Positions 42,937 to 52,199 of a stretch of 64,000 nt of DNA are shown here, piece by piece. Position 1 is the stretch's first letter. Each line of letters opens with the position of its first letter. Both the position numbers and the translations under genes were made by a program. The notes below the pieces were generated by a model. It searched no databases, was not told the DNA's origin, and worked only from the letters and a program-made list of their open reading frames with translations. Source of the DNA: an uncultured Gemmatimonadales bacterium (lineage in GTDB: Bacteria > Gemmatimonadota > Gemmatimonadetes > Gemmatimonadales > GWC2-71-9); assembly GCA_963728915.1 (NCBI GenBank), contig CAVSLV010000001.1:992001-1056000 (forward strand), in the 5' to 3' direction.

Positions 42937-45141
42937 TCAGGCAGTGGCCTGCCGCCGCTGCCGGGCCCGCAGGTACTCGCTGAACATGTGCACCGGGGCG
43001 GGTCGCCCCAGCAGATAGCCCTGGGCTTTCTCGCAACCGCGGGCTCGCAGGAAATCGGCCTGCTCCCGGGTTTCCACCCCTTCCGCCACGACCTCGAGCT
43101 CCATCGCCTTGCCGAGCGCAATGATCGCGGTCGCGATCGTCACCGCATCCGGGTTGGCCGGCACGTCGACGATGAACGACCGATCGATCTTGAGGGTGGA
43201 CACCGGGAAGTTCTTGAGGTAGCTGAGCGAGGAATATCCGGTGCCGAAGTCGTCGATCGCGAGCGTGATCCCGAGCTCGGCCAGCTCCCGGAGGCGTCGC
43301 TCGACCACCGACCCCTGCTCCATCAGCATGGATTCGGTCAGCTCGATCATGAGCTGCCCGGGACGGGCTCCGGTGTCGTGCAGCGTGTCCTGGACCGTCC
43401 GCACGATTCCGGGCTGGCGGAGCTGCCGGGCCGAGAAATTCACCGAGAGAACCAGCTCGCTGAATCCTTCCATCTCCCAGCGGCGGGCCTGAGCGCACAC
43501 CGACCGGAGCGACCATTCGCCCAGCGGAACGATGAGTCCTGATTCCTCGCAGAGCTGGATGAACTCGGCGGGCGAGACCAATCCGCGATCCGGATGATCC
43601 CACCGTACCAGGGCCTCCGCGGCCGTCACCGAACGGGTACGCAGGTCGAAGACCGGCTGATACCAGAGCGTGAATTCACCATGATCCACCGCGATGCGAA
43701 GCTCCCGCTCCAGACGCAGCCGGCCGACCGCATCGGCGTTCATCTTGGGCGCATAGCGCTGAATCGTGTTGCGACCCTCCTTCTTGGCCAGCGAGAGCGC
43801 CACGTCGGCGTTCTTGTGAAGGGTCTCCGAATCGAGGCCATCCTCGGGATGGATGGCGATTCCGATGGACGCGGTCGCGAAGATCTCCTGGCTTCCCAGC
43901 CGGATCGGTTCCTGGAGGACGTTGAGGGCACGCCGGGCCAGGTGTTCCGCGGTATCCGGATGGTCCAGGTCGGGGATGATGATGGCGAACTCGTCGCCAC
44001 CCAGGCGGGCCGCTTGCATCCCGCGCACTTCATCCCAGGTCGATTCCGGGCCCTGACGCTGGTCCCCAGGACGGCACAGAAGATCGAGCCGCGAGCTGAC
44101 TTCCCGGATCAGGTCGTCGCCGGCCGCGGGGCCGAGGGTATCGTTGATCCGGCCGAAGTGATCGATATCGAGGGAGCACACCGCGACCCTTCGCCCCAGG
44201 GGGCGGGCCCGCCCGATCGCCTGGCCCAGGCGTTCCCGGTAGAGCATGCGGTTGGGAAGGCGGGTCAGGCCGTCGTAGAAGGCCAGGGCACGAACCTGGT
44301 CCATCATCCGGGAATTGCCGAGGGCGCGAGCCACCCGGTCCGCCAGTCGCCGGAATCCCTGGAGTGCGGTCGGATTGGATTTGCCAGGCGACTCCACTGC
44401 CAGCATGCCAATCAGCTCACCCGCCTCATGCAACGGACAGGCAAAGATGACGCCCCGTCCGGTAGAGCGGTGGGGAGTGAGATACCGCGGGAGGTTGTCC
44501 CGGGGAGCGAAGGTGATCCACTCCGGATGCTCCCGGGCAAGGTCAACGTCATCCGGAACGATGTCCGTGGTGACCATGCGCCGGGACGTCAGTCCGTCGC
44601 CCGATGCTACCCAGGTGGTCGCGTCCCGCTCGTTCTGGGTCCCGGCCACCGTGAGGCTTGCCGTCCGGCAGGGAAATATGCCCGGCAGGAAATCGAGGAC
44701 CAGCTGAGCAATACTGGCGGTGTCGAGGGTCGAGAGGATGGCCCGGTCCATCTCGCGGTCCCGCTCCACCAGAGCCGCCCGCCGCTCAAGCGAGGAGCTC
44801 GTGGCGTTGATGGCCAGTCCGAGCGCGGCCATCCGGTGATCCTGTCCCGCCACCGCAATGGGGAGGTCGTATTGGCCGGCCGAGAGCCGGTACGCCCCCT
44901 GGAGGATCCGGACATGCGAGACCATGGAGCGATGGACCTCCCGCAGTCCAAACAGAGCGCCAACGAGGAGGACGATACCGATCGCGCCGAGCACCGCCCG
45001 GTCCGCCCAGCCCATCGCGGCAAGCCCGGCTGTCCCGGCGCCAACGAGCAGCAGGGCCAGGAGCCACCGCCCCGGGCGGCCGGTAATGAGGTGCCACAAT
45101 GAAGGCGGGTACTCCGCGGACCAGGAACTTTCGACACTCAT
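42937..45141 (-). CDS. Membrane-anchored GAF-GGDEF-EAL diguanylate cyclase/phosphodiesterase
   Basis: Two TM helices, HAMP-like segment, GAF, YDGLTRLPNR, RLGGDEF, AEALVRW, DDFGTGYSSL. Confidence 0.93.
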   Translation of the reverse strand: MSVESSWSAEYPPSLWHLITGRPGRWLLALLLVGAGTAGLAAMGWADRAVLGAIGIVLLVGALFGLREVHRSMVSHVRILQGAYRLSAGQYDLPIAVAGQDHRMAALGLAINATSSSLERRAALVERDREMDRAILSTLDTASIAQLVLDFLPGIFPCRTASLTVAGTQNERDATTWVASGDGLTSRRMVTTDIVPDDVDLAREHPEWITFAPRDNLPRYLTPHRSTGRGVIFACPLHEAGELIGMLAVESPGKSNPTALQGFRRLADRVARALGNSRMMDQVRALAFYDGLTRLPNRMLYRERLGQAIGRARPLGRRVAVCSLDIDHFGRINDTLGPAAGDDLIREVSSRLDLLCRPGDQRQGPESTWDEVRGMQAARLGGDEFAIIIPDLDHPDTAEHLARRALNVLQEPIRLGSQEIFATASIGIAIHPEDGLDSETLHKNADVALSLAKKEGRNTIQRYAPKMNADAVGRLRLERELRIAVDHGEFTLWYQPVFDLRTRSVTAAEALVRWDHPDRGLVSPAEFIQLCEESGLIVPLGEWSLRSVCAQARRWEMEGFSELVLSVNFSARQLRQPGIVRTVQDTLHDTGARPGQLMIELTESMLMEQGSVVERRLRELAELGITLAIDDFGTGYSSLSYLKNFPVSTLKIDRSFIVDVPANPDAVTIATAIIALGKAMELEVVAEGVETREQADFLRARGCEKAQGYLLGRPAPVHMFSEYLRARQRRQATA

Positions 45142-45394
45142 AGGGAAAGTCAGCAGTAAGCAACCGTCAGGCCAGCCCCGGGTGAAGGACGGAACTCACG
45201 TCGGGGCAATCAGTTAGGATGATTCAGGATCCGGATCTTCAGCGCTCCTTCCCGGTGACTTCATTCCGGACGCAACAAATGGGGTATCCGGCCATCCGGT
45301 CGATTCCGGACTGGCGGGAGGGTGCTCTTATCTTTTGCGCTTCCGCCCCCGAGGGGGCCCCCGCCCCGACCCTGAACCGGAGCAGCCTCTGCCA

Positions 45395-45892
45395 ATGCCT
45401 AACCCGCTCGTGGGAATCGTGATGGGTTCCGCCTCGGACTGGGACGTCATGCAGCATGCGGTCCGGCGGCTCGAGGAATTCGGAGTGGCGTGCGAAGCCC
45501 GGGTGATCTCCGCGCATCGCAGCCCCGCGCTGGCGCACGAGTACGCCCGGGAGGCGGCATCCCGCGGACTCACCTGCCTGATCGCCGCCGCCGGAGGCGC
45601 CGCCCATCTTGCCGGGGTCATGGCCGCCGGGACGACCCTTCCTGTGCTTGGGGTGCCGATGCCCAGCAAACATCTCCAGGGCATGGATTCCCTGCTCTCA
45701 ACGGTCCAGATGCCGGCGGGGATACCGGTGGCGACCTTCGCGATCGGGGAGGCGGGGGCCCACAATGCCGCGCTCTTCGCGGTCGCGATGCTGGCCCGGG
45801 TGGACGATCAGCTCGCGAAAAAGCTGAGCGACTTTCGCGCCGCCCAGGAACAGAAGATCCGCGATACCAGGCTTCCGGAAGCAAAGCGGTAG
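45395..45892 (+). CDS. purE: N5-CAIR mutase PurE
   Basis: MGSASD, SAHRSP, AGGAAHLAG, QMPAGIPVAT. Confidence 0.97.
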   Translation: MPNPLVGIVMGSASDWDVMQHAVRRLEEFGVACEARVISAHRSPALAHEYAREAASRGLTCLIAAAGGAAHLAGVMAAGTTLPVLGVPMPSKHLQGMDSLLSTVQMPAGIPVATFAIGEAGAHNAALFAVAMLARVDDQLAKKLSDFRAAQEQKIRDTRLPEAKR

Positions 45893-45904
45893 GAGCCGAA
45901 AGCC

Positions 45905-47164
45905 CTACCGACCGGGGCGCGGGACCAGGTTGCGGGAGCGTTTGGGTCCAAGCTGGCGCAAGTAGACCCCGATCTGATAGACCGCCTGCTTGAAGACCAG
46001 GAAAAGGCCATCGAACCATCGGGTTCGGGGTTCCGGGAGCCCCCGGAGCTCGTGCCAGACCCACTGCATGGGATCCTGAGAACGACGAATGGTCCGGTAG
46101 GCTTCCCGAAAGCGAGCACCCGGCCCCGGCAGAATCCACCACTGAATTAGCCGGAGCGCCAGCGGTCGTCGCTCCTCGGGACCGTCTGTCGGTGAGGCCG
46201 GCAGCCATCCGAGGTGAATCCGGGTCAGCCGCGGGGTCGGGATCACCCCCATGGGGACGGCGGTGCCGAGGAACCTGGTTGCCAGCTCGAATTGGTGGGA
46301 CAGCGCCCGTGTTAGGCCAGCCAGCCGGGCAGCCGCGGCGAGCTCCTCCCAGTCGATCCCCGAAGAGTCCGCCGTGGCGAGAAGGCGATCCGTGTCGATC
46401 ACGTGCCGAAGAGAGCCGAACGCGTCGCTGGCGGCCTGCGCGGCGGTGTGAAGAAGGAGCGCCTCGCGCGAGGGTACCCGCAGGGTCATCGGACCGGGCG
46501 TCGTCAGGGCGACTGCCGTTCGTCGAAACCATCCGGCATCGAGCCGAAGCGGGTCCATGGGCCTCGAGAGGGCCCAGTGCACTTCGACCTGAAAGATCGA
46601 ATTGGCCGCTGGGAGGTGGAAGTGGTGGGCCCGGTATGCCTCCTCAACCCGGGCAGCGGGCAGCTGGTATCCCGCGGCGCGGATCACTTGGAGCGCGGGA
46701 TCGAGCTCCCCCGGTTCGACCAGCACATCGAGGTCGATCATCGCCCGTTCCACCGGGGCGTCATAGATCTGATGTCGGAGAGCGGCCCCTTTGAGAACGA
46801 CCGGGGTGATGGAGCGCTGGCCGAGCAGGGAGAGGACCCGTTCGCATTCCAGCTCCACGATCATCGCCCATTTGCTGCGAAGGCGGTAGGCCGCGCGAAG
46901 CTCTTCGCCAGGTCCGAGCCCCAGGTCGGCCTCGAGCAGGTCGAGCTTGGCCAGGGCGTGCAGGATCAGCCCCAGCACCCGTTGTTTCTCCGCAAGATCG
47001 AGTACGGCGGGACCCAGCCCCGCTTCCCGAATCGCCCCCAGGACCGCCAGAGCCTCATCGCGGTCCAGGCCACGACGACAGAGCCGGAGCACTCCCGTGA
47101 TACTCCGAGGAGTCTCTCCCGGGTTCGCCGAAGTCACCGTGTTGGGGCGCATGATCCGCTCCAA
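45905..47164 (-). CDS. Uncharacterised nucleotidyltransferase (NTP_transf_5-like)
   Basis: VVLKGAAL...RAMIDLDVLV, VEVHW, LLLHTA motifs; start uncertain (TTG 47164 or ATG 47152). Confidence 0.82.
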   Translation of the reverse strand: MERIMRPNTVTSANPGETPRSITGVLRLCRRGLDRDEALAVLGAIREAGLGPAVLDLAEKQRVLGLILHALAKLDLLEADLGLGPGEELRAAYRLRSKWAMIVELECERVLSLLGQRSITPVVLKGAALRHQIYDAPVERAMIDLDVLVEPGELDPALQVIRAAGYQLPAARVEEAYRAHHFHLPAANSIFQVEVHWALSRPMDPLRLDAGWFRRTAVALTTPGPMTLRVPSREALLLHTAAQAASDAFGSLRHVIDTDRLLATADSSGIDWEELAAAARLAGLTRALSHQFELATRFLGTAVPMGVIPTPRLTRIHLGWLPASPTDGPEERRPLALRLIQWWILPGPGARFREAYRTIRRSQDPMQWVWHELRGLPEPRTRWFDGLFLVFKQAVYQIGVYLRQLGPKRSRNLVPRPGR

Positions 47165-47206
47165 TCCCTAGGCACGGGAGAATGACCGTCAAGGATCGTG
47201 CCCAGT

Positions 47207-47231
47207 AAAAAGGCTCCCCGAGTGGGGAGCC
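47207..47231 (-). terminator. Intrinsic terminator of ssrA
   Basis: Minus strand GGCTCCCC-ACTC-GGGGAGCC followed by TTTTT, immediately after the tmRNA 3' end. Confidence 0.88.
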
Positions 47232-47233
47232 CA

Positions 47234-47593
47234 TGGAGGCGCAGGGAATCGAACCCTGGTCCGAACCAGCTTCCTGCGCAGCGTCTACGTGCGTAGACCG
47301 ATCTTCCTGCCTTGGCTTCGAGCCGGGGACCGATCGCCCTTCCCGAAACGCACCTCCAGGAATCTCACCCGCCACGCCGGAGGATCGTGACAGGCCAGCC
47401 CGGCTTTGCTATTCGGCTCCGTCGCCCCGGGCGGGCTCCGAAACCGAAGGCTACTTCAGCGAGCTAAGCTCAGCTTAGGCAGCCAGCGCCAAATCAGAGT
47501 TGGCAGTTAGAAAGTTCCAAGCGGTTTTACCAGGAACCTGGACCTGGGCACGCTGCCACACCTTCCACTGACCCGTCGAAACCAGTCGCCCCC
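47234..47593 (-). ncRNA. ssrA: tmRNA; tag peptide (A)ANSDLALAA* encoded at 47504-47475
   Basis: 5' GGGGGCG pairs with 3' CGCCTCC(A) with a G3.U wobble; T-arm CAGGGTTCGATTCCCTG; TTTCGAC after the acceptor stem; tag ORF GCC AAC TCT GAT TTG GCG CTG GCT GCC TAA; CCA end not encoded. Confidence 0.97.
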
Positions 47594-47610
47594 TATCAAA
47601 GAGCCATGGG

Positions 47611-47639
47611 AATCTAGCCGAATGCTTCCTGGCGGGCAA
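47611..47639 (-). promoter_or_regulatory. sigma70-type promoter of ssrA
   Basis: TTGCCC (47639-47634), 17-bp spacer, TAGATT (47616-47611). Confidence 0.65.
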
Positions 47640-47797
47640 GCTTGGCCGATTACATCATCTACTCGAAGCAAACGCGATATCATCCTTGCTAGCAACATTT
47701 TACACGAACCATGTAAAGCAATTTCGAGGTGCAGTTCTGTAACGAAAATCGCCTCACAGGCCCTTCCCCCCCCCCGAAGAAAGGGCTGCATCCTGAC

Positions 47798-48787
47798 CTA
47801 TCTGGCGGTCGCGACGAGATTTCGTTCGAGGTACGTCCGGAAGATGCCCTCCGCCTCGACCATGCTCTCCACCCGGAAAAGCTGCTCGCGAAGGCCCGCC
47901 GACCCCGGAAGCCCCTTGGTGTACCAGCCCAGGTGCTTCCTGAACTCGACGACCGTCTTCCGGGAGTCCCCCTGGAGCCTCAGTGCGAGGCGGGCATGCT
48001 CCAACGCCACCGAGAATCGTTCCTCCGCACTGGGCGTGTCCGGAGGACCCTCGCCATCGAGCAGCGCCCTCCCGTCCCGGAAGATCCAGGGATTCCCGAA
48101 CGAGCCGCGGCCAACCATGATGGCCGCGCACCCGGTGTGCTCCCGGAGCCGGCGGATGTCCTCACCCGACGCAACATCGCCGTTTCCGATGACCGGGATG
48201 GTCAGGGCTTCCACCACCCTGGCGATCTCGTCCCAGTTGGCCGATCCGGTGAACATCTGGGTCCGGGTTCGGGCATGAAGGGTGAAGGCGCGGGCTCCGG
48301 CGTCCTCCATCCGCCGGGCAATTCCAACCGGATCGCGACTTTCCTCGCTCCACCCGCTCCGGGTCTTCACCGTGACGGGCAAATGGGTGGCGTTCACCAC
48401 CGCTCGGATGATCCGGCCCACCAGCTCGAGATCCCGAAGGCATCCTGAGCCACCATTTCGCTGGACCACCTTCTTGACCGGGCAACCGAAGTTGATGTCG
48501 ATGAATTCCGGCTCGTACTCTTCGGTGACGATGGCGGCGGCCCGGGCCATGGCCTCGGCGTCGGCTCCGTAGATCTGGACTCCGATCGGGCGCTCGACCT
48601 CCTCGAATTCGGCGCCTTCGAGCGTCTTCCGGATTCCGCGCCGGATCGCCTCGGCGGACAGGAACTCCGTCATCAGGACGTCGGCCCCGTAGCGCCGGCA
48701 GAGCTGCCGGAAGGGCGCCTCCGAAATACCCGCCATCGGGGCGAGGATCAGGGGAAGGCTTCGTGTGGGAAGGTACGGTAACCGCAT
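47798..48787 (-). CDS. dusB: tRNA-dihydrouridine synthase DusB
   Basis: LAPMAG, DINFGCP, PVTVK, HART, GNGDV, MVGRG, RKHLGWY. Confidence 0.95.
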   Translation of the reverse strand: MRLPYLPTRSLPLILAPMAGISEAPFRQLCRRYGADVLMTEFLSAEAIRRGIRKTLEGAEFEEVERPIGVQIYGADAEAMARAAAIVTEEYEPEFIDINFGCPVKKVVQRNGGSGCLRDLELVGRIIRAVVNATHLPVTVKTRSGWSEESRDPVGIARRMEDAGARAFTLHARTRTQMFTGSANWDEIARVVEALTIPVIGNGDVASGEDIRRLREHTGCAAIMVGRGSFGNPWIFRDGRALLDGEGPPDTPSAEERFSVALEHARLALRLQGDSRKTVVEFRKHLGWYTKGLPGSAGLREQLFRVESMVEAEGIFRTYLERNLVATAR

Positions 48788-48793
48788 GCCACA

Positions 48794-48822
48794 AAGCTAT
48801 TTGCCCCCGTAGCGGGCGGCAA
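48794..48822 (-). promoter_or_regulatory. Leaderless promoter of dusB
   Basis: TTGCCG (48822-48817), 17-bp spacer, TAGCTT (48799-48794), 6 nt to the ATG. Confidence 0.65.
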
Positions 48823-48848
48823 TGTGGCGGGGTTAATTTGTCCGCGCG

Positions 48849-49301
48849 ATGCGACTCCGGGACTTTCTCGACTCGTCGGCGATCTCGCTCGACCTTCAGG
48901 CGACCAGCAAGGAAGCGGTGCTGGACGAGTTGGTCTGGCAGCTCCGCCTGGACGAGCGAACCGCCCAGCAACTGGTTCGGCTGCTCAAGCGCCGGGAGGC
49001 ACTGGGCTCAACCGGCGTGGGTCGGGGAATCGCAATTCCCCACTGCCGGGCCATCGGGGTTGCGGACCTTCGGCTCGGGTTCGGGATTCATAAGGCGGGG
49101 ATCGACTACGACGCGGTGGACAACAAGCCGGTGAACGTGTTCTTCCTGATCGTCGCGCCGCCCAATGAGGTCTCCAACCAGTATCTCCCGGTGCTCGGAA
49201 AGATTGCCCAGTTTGCCCAGATACCGGACGTCCCCCCGCGCCTCCTCACCCTGACCACGCCGGACGAGCTGTTCGCGATGATGGACGAAAAGGGAATCTG
49301 A
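48849..49301 (+). CDS. PTS IIA domain protein (PtsN/fructose-mannitol family)
   Basis: REALGSTGVGRGIAIPH, DAVDNKPV. Confidence 0.92.
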   Translation: MRLRDFLDSSAISLDLQATSKEAVLDELVWQLRLDERTAQQLVRLLKRREALGSTGVGRGIAIPHCRAIGVADLRLGFGIHKAGIDYDAVDNKPVNVFFLIVAPPNEVSNQYLPVLGKIAQFAQIPDVPPRLLTLTTPDELFAMMDEKGI

Positions 49302-49305
49302 CGGG

Positions 49306-50862
49306 CTACTCCCATTCGATGGTTGCGGGGGGTTTGCTGCTCACGTCGTAAACCACCCGGTTCACCCCCTTCACTTCGTTGGCAATCCGGTTCGCGATCC
49401 GCCCCAGTACGTCGGGGGGAAAAGGAAACCAGTCCGCAGTCATCCCGTCCCTGCTGGTGACAGCCCGCAAGGCCACCGTCTGATCGTAGGTGCGGAAGTC
49501 GCCCTGGACCCCGACCGAGCGAATCGGCAGCAGAACGGCGAAAGCCTGCCAGATCTCGTCATAGAGGTTGGCGGCGCGAATCTCCTCGATGTAGATGGCG
49601 TCGGCCTGCCGGAGCATTTCGAGGGCTTGCCGGGTAACGTCCCCGAGAATCCGGATCGCGAGGCCCGGGCCTGGAAACGGGTGCCGGCCGACCATTTCTT
49701 CCGGCAGGCCCAGCTCCCGGCCGACCTGGCGCACCTCGTCCTTGAACAGCTCGCGCAACGGCTCGATCAGCTTGAAGGGAAGCCGCTCGGGCAGCCCCCC
49801 CACGTTGTGGTGGGTCTTGATCGTGACCGACGGCCCGCCTTTGGGAGACACCGACTCGATCACGTCGGGATACAGAGTACCCTGCACCAGAAATCCGACG
49901 TCCCGACCCAGCTTCATCGCCTCGGCGTTGAACACCTCGATGAACTCGTTTCCGATGATCCGGCGTTTCCGCTCCGGATCGGTCACCCCCGCGAGCTTTC
50001 CGAGGAACCGTTCGCTCGCATCCACCACCACGAGGTCGATGCCGAGGTGCCGGCGGAAGGTGCGCTCAACCTGGTCACGCTCGTGCAGGCGGAGCAGCCC
50101 GTGATCGACGAAGATGCAGGTGAGCCGGTCGCCCACCGCGCGGTGGACCAGCGCCGCTGCGACCGAGGAATCGACCCCGCCCGATAACCCGCAGATGATC
50201 CGGGAGTCCGGGCCGGCCTGCTCCAGGATCCGCTGCGATTCCGTTTCGATGAAGTGACCCGCGGTCCAGTCGGGTCGGCACCCGCAGATATCGAACAGGA
50301 AGTTGGCGATGATCTCGTTGCCCCGGGGGGTATGAGCCACCTCGGGGTGGAACTGCACCGCGAACAGATTGCGCTTCGGATCCTCCATCGCCGCGACCGA
50401 GGTGTTGCCGCTCGACCCGGTCCGCACGAATCCCTCGGGAAGGCCTCCGACCTGATCGCCGTGACTCATCCACACCTGGATCTCTTCGCCGGCGCTGAAG
50501 CCCCGGAACAGCCGGCCGCCATGGATCGTGAGCCCGGCCCGCCCGTATTCCCTTTGCTCTCCCGGAATGACCTCTCCCCCCGCGAGTCTCGCGATGAGCT
50601 GCATGCCATAGCAGAGGCCGAGGACCGGGATTCCCAGCTCCAGGATCGCCCCGGGGGCGAGGGGCGCTCCCTCCTCGTACACCGAGTTGGGCCCGCCGGA
50701 GAGAATGATCCCGCGCGCGCCCCAGGCTCGAATCCATTCCAGTGACCGATCGGGAGGATGGATTTCGGAAAAGACGTGGGCTTCCCGAACCCGCCGGGCG
50801 ATCAGCTGGGTGAACTGCGACCCGTAATCGAGAATCAGAATTCCGTCGTGGTGCGGGCTCAT
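49306..50862 (-). CDS. guaA: GMP synthase (glutamine-hydrolysing)
   Basis: [45 protein letters not shown]. Confidence 0.97.
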   Translation of the reverse strand: MSPHHDGILILDYGSQFTQLIARRVREAHVFSEIHPPDRSLEWIRAWGARGIILSGGPNSVYEEGAPLAPGAILELGIPVLGLCYGMQLIARLAGGEVIPGEQREYGRAGLTIHGGRLFRGFSAGEEIQVWMSHGDQVGGLPEGFVRTGSSGNTSVAAMEDPKRNLFAVQFHPEVAHTPRGNEIIANFLFDICGCRPDWTAGHFIETESQRILEQAGPDSRIICGLSGGVDSSVAAALVHRAVGDRLTCIFVDHGLLRLHERDQVERTFRRHLGIDLVVVDASERFLGKLAGVTDPERKRRIIGNEFIEVFNAEAMKLGRDVGFLVQGTLYPDVIESVSPKGGPSVTIKTHHNVGGLPERLPFKLIEPLRELFKDEVRQVGRELGLPEEMVGRHPFPGPGLAIRILGDVTRQALEMLRQADAIYIEEIRAANLYDEIWQAFAVLLPIRSVGVQGDFRTYDQTVALRAVTSRDGMTADWFPFPPDVLGRIANRIANEVKGVNRVVYDVSSKPPATIEWE

Positions 50863-52199
50863 CCGGCCGACCAGGCCAGCAGATCGTCGATCGATTCGCG
50901 GCGCCGGACCACCTCCCACCGCCCGGCCTCGACCAGGACTTCCGGTGGACGAGGCCGATCGTTGTAATTCGAGCTCATCACGAATCCGTAGGCCCCGGCG
51001 CCGAGGATGGCCAGCCGATCGCCGGGCTCGACCGGAGGGAGCATCCGGCCGAGGGCGAGAAAGTCTCCGGACTCGCAGATCGGACCCACGATATCGACCA
51101 GCCGTTCGGTCCCGCCGGGCGCGGCCACCGGGATGATTTCGTGATGCGCCTGGTACCGGCTGGGTCGCTCGAGATCGTTCATTCCCGCATCCACGACCAC
51201 GAAATCGGTTCCGCCGGCGTGCTTCCGGTAGAGCACGCTGGTGACCAGAACCCCGGCACTGCCGACCAGGTAGCGCCCGGGCTCGATCCGGACCGTGACC
51301 CCGAGCGTCCCCACGACCGGCCCGATCGCCTCGGCCAGGTGGGCGGGAAGCAGCGGAGTCTCCGCGTTGTACCGGATTCCTAACCCGCCTCCCAGGTCCA
51401 GCGAGTCGATCGTCCGGGCACCCAGCGTCCGGATCTCCCCGAGCAGTCCCGCCAGGCGGATCGCTCCCTGGACGAAGGGAGCGGGATCCAGCACCTGGCT
51501 GCCCACGTGCATGGCCAGGCCGACCAGCGTCAGGGCTGGGTCACGGAGTATGCGATCGGCGACTTCCAGAACCTGATCGGCCGGAATACCGAACTTTGCC
51601 GCGGCCATCGCGGTACGGGTGTAGGGATGGGTATCGACGGTGACGTCCGGATTCACTCGAATGCCGACCCGAACCGGCGGACCACCTGCTTCGGCGGCAA
51701 GGGGACGCAGGGTATCCAGCTCCTCGAGCGATTCGAGGTTGATCTGTCCAATCCGCGCCTCGACCGCGGCGCGCAGCTCATCGGGCCGCTTGCCGACCCC
51801 GCTGAACACGATCCGATCCGGCGAAAATCCGGCCCGGAGCACCCGGCGGAGCTCGCCCACCGATACGATATCGCACCCGGCGCCAAGATCGCGAAGCAAA
51901 GTGAGAATCCGGGAGCAGGAATTGGCTTTGACGGCGTAGTCGATCCGGTGGGGCAGGCTGCTGAGCGCCGTGGTGAGCTCCCGGAACCGGTCCCGGATGG
52001 TGCGGGCGCCGTACACATAGACCGGGGTACCGGTCTCGGTCGCGATCTCCGTGAGGCTCACTCCATCCATCGCCAGGGCGCCGCCGTCGAGGCGGGTCAA
52101 TCCCCCATCGGCCAGCAGGGCTTCGCGCCGATCTGGTTCCGGTATCCGGCGTGCTCCGCGGCGCCGTTCTCCGGACCCCGCGGAGCGCCGAGTGGTCAA
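50859..52199 (-). CDS. lysA: Diaminopimelate decarboxylase
   Basis: [35 protein letters not shown]; start uncertain (TTG 52199 overlaps the proS stop). Confidence 0.95.
   Translation of the reverse strand: MTTRRSAGSGERRRGARRIPEPDRREALLADGGLTRLDGGALAMDGVSLTEIATETGTPVYVYGARTIRDRFRELTTALSSLPHRIDYAVKANSCSRILTLLRDLGAGCDIVSVGELRRVLRAGFSPDRIVFSGVGKRPDELRAAVEARIGQINLESLEELDTLRPLAAEAGGPPVRVGIRVNPDVTVDTHPYTRTAMAAAKFGIPADQVLEVADRILRDPALTLVGLAMHVGSQVLDPAPFVQGAIRLAGLLGEIRTLGARTIDSLDLGGGLGIRYNAETPLLPAHLAEAIGPVVGTLGVTVRIEPGRYLVGSAGVLVTSVLYRKHAGGTDFVVVDAGMNDLERPSRYQAHHEIIPVAAPGGTERLVDIVGPICESGDFLALGRMLPPVEPGDRLAILGAGAYGFVMSSNYNDRPRPPEVLVEAGRWEVVRRRESIDDLLAWSAG

Noticed and set aside
42937..47233. Genomic island integrated at the ssrA 3' end
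   Set aside because: No integrase, no visible att duplication, the native terminator directly follows ssrA, and core purE lies inside the interval
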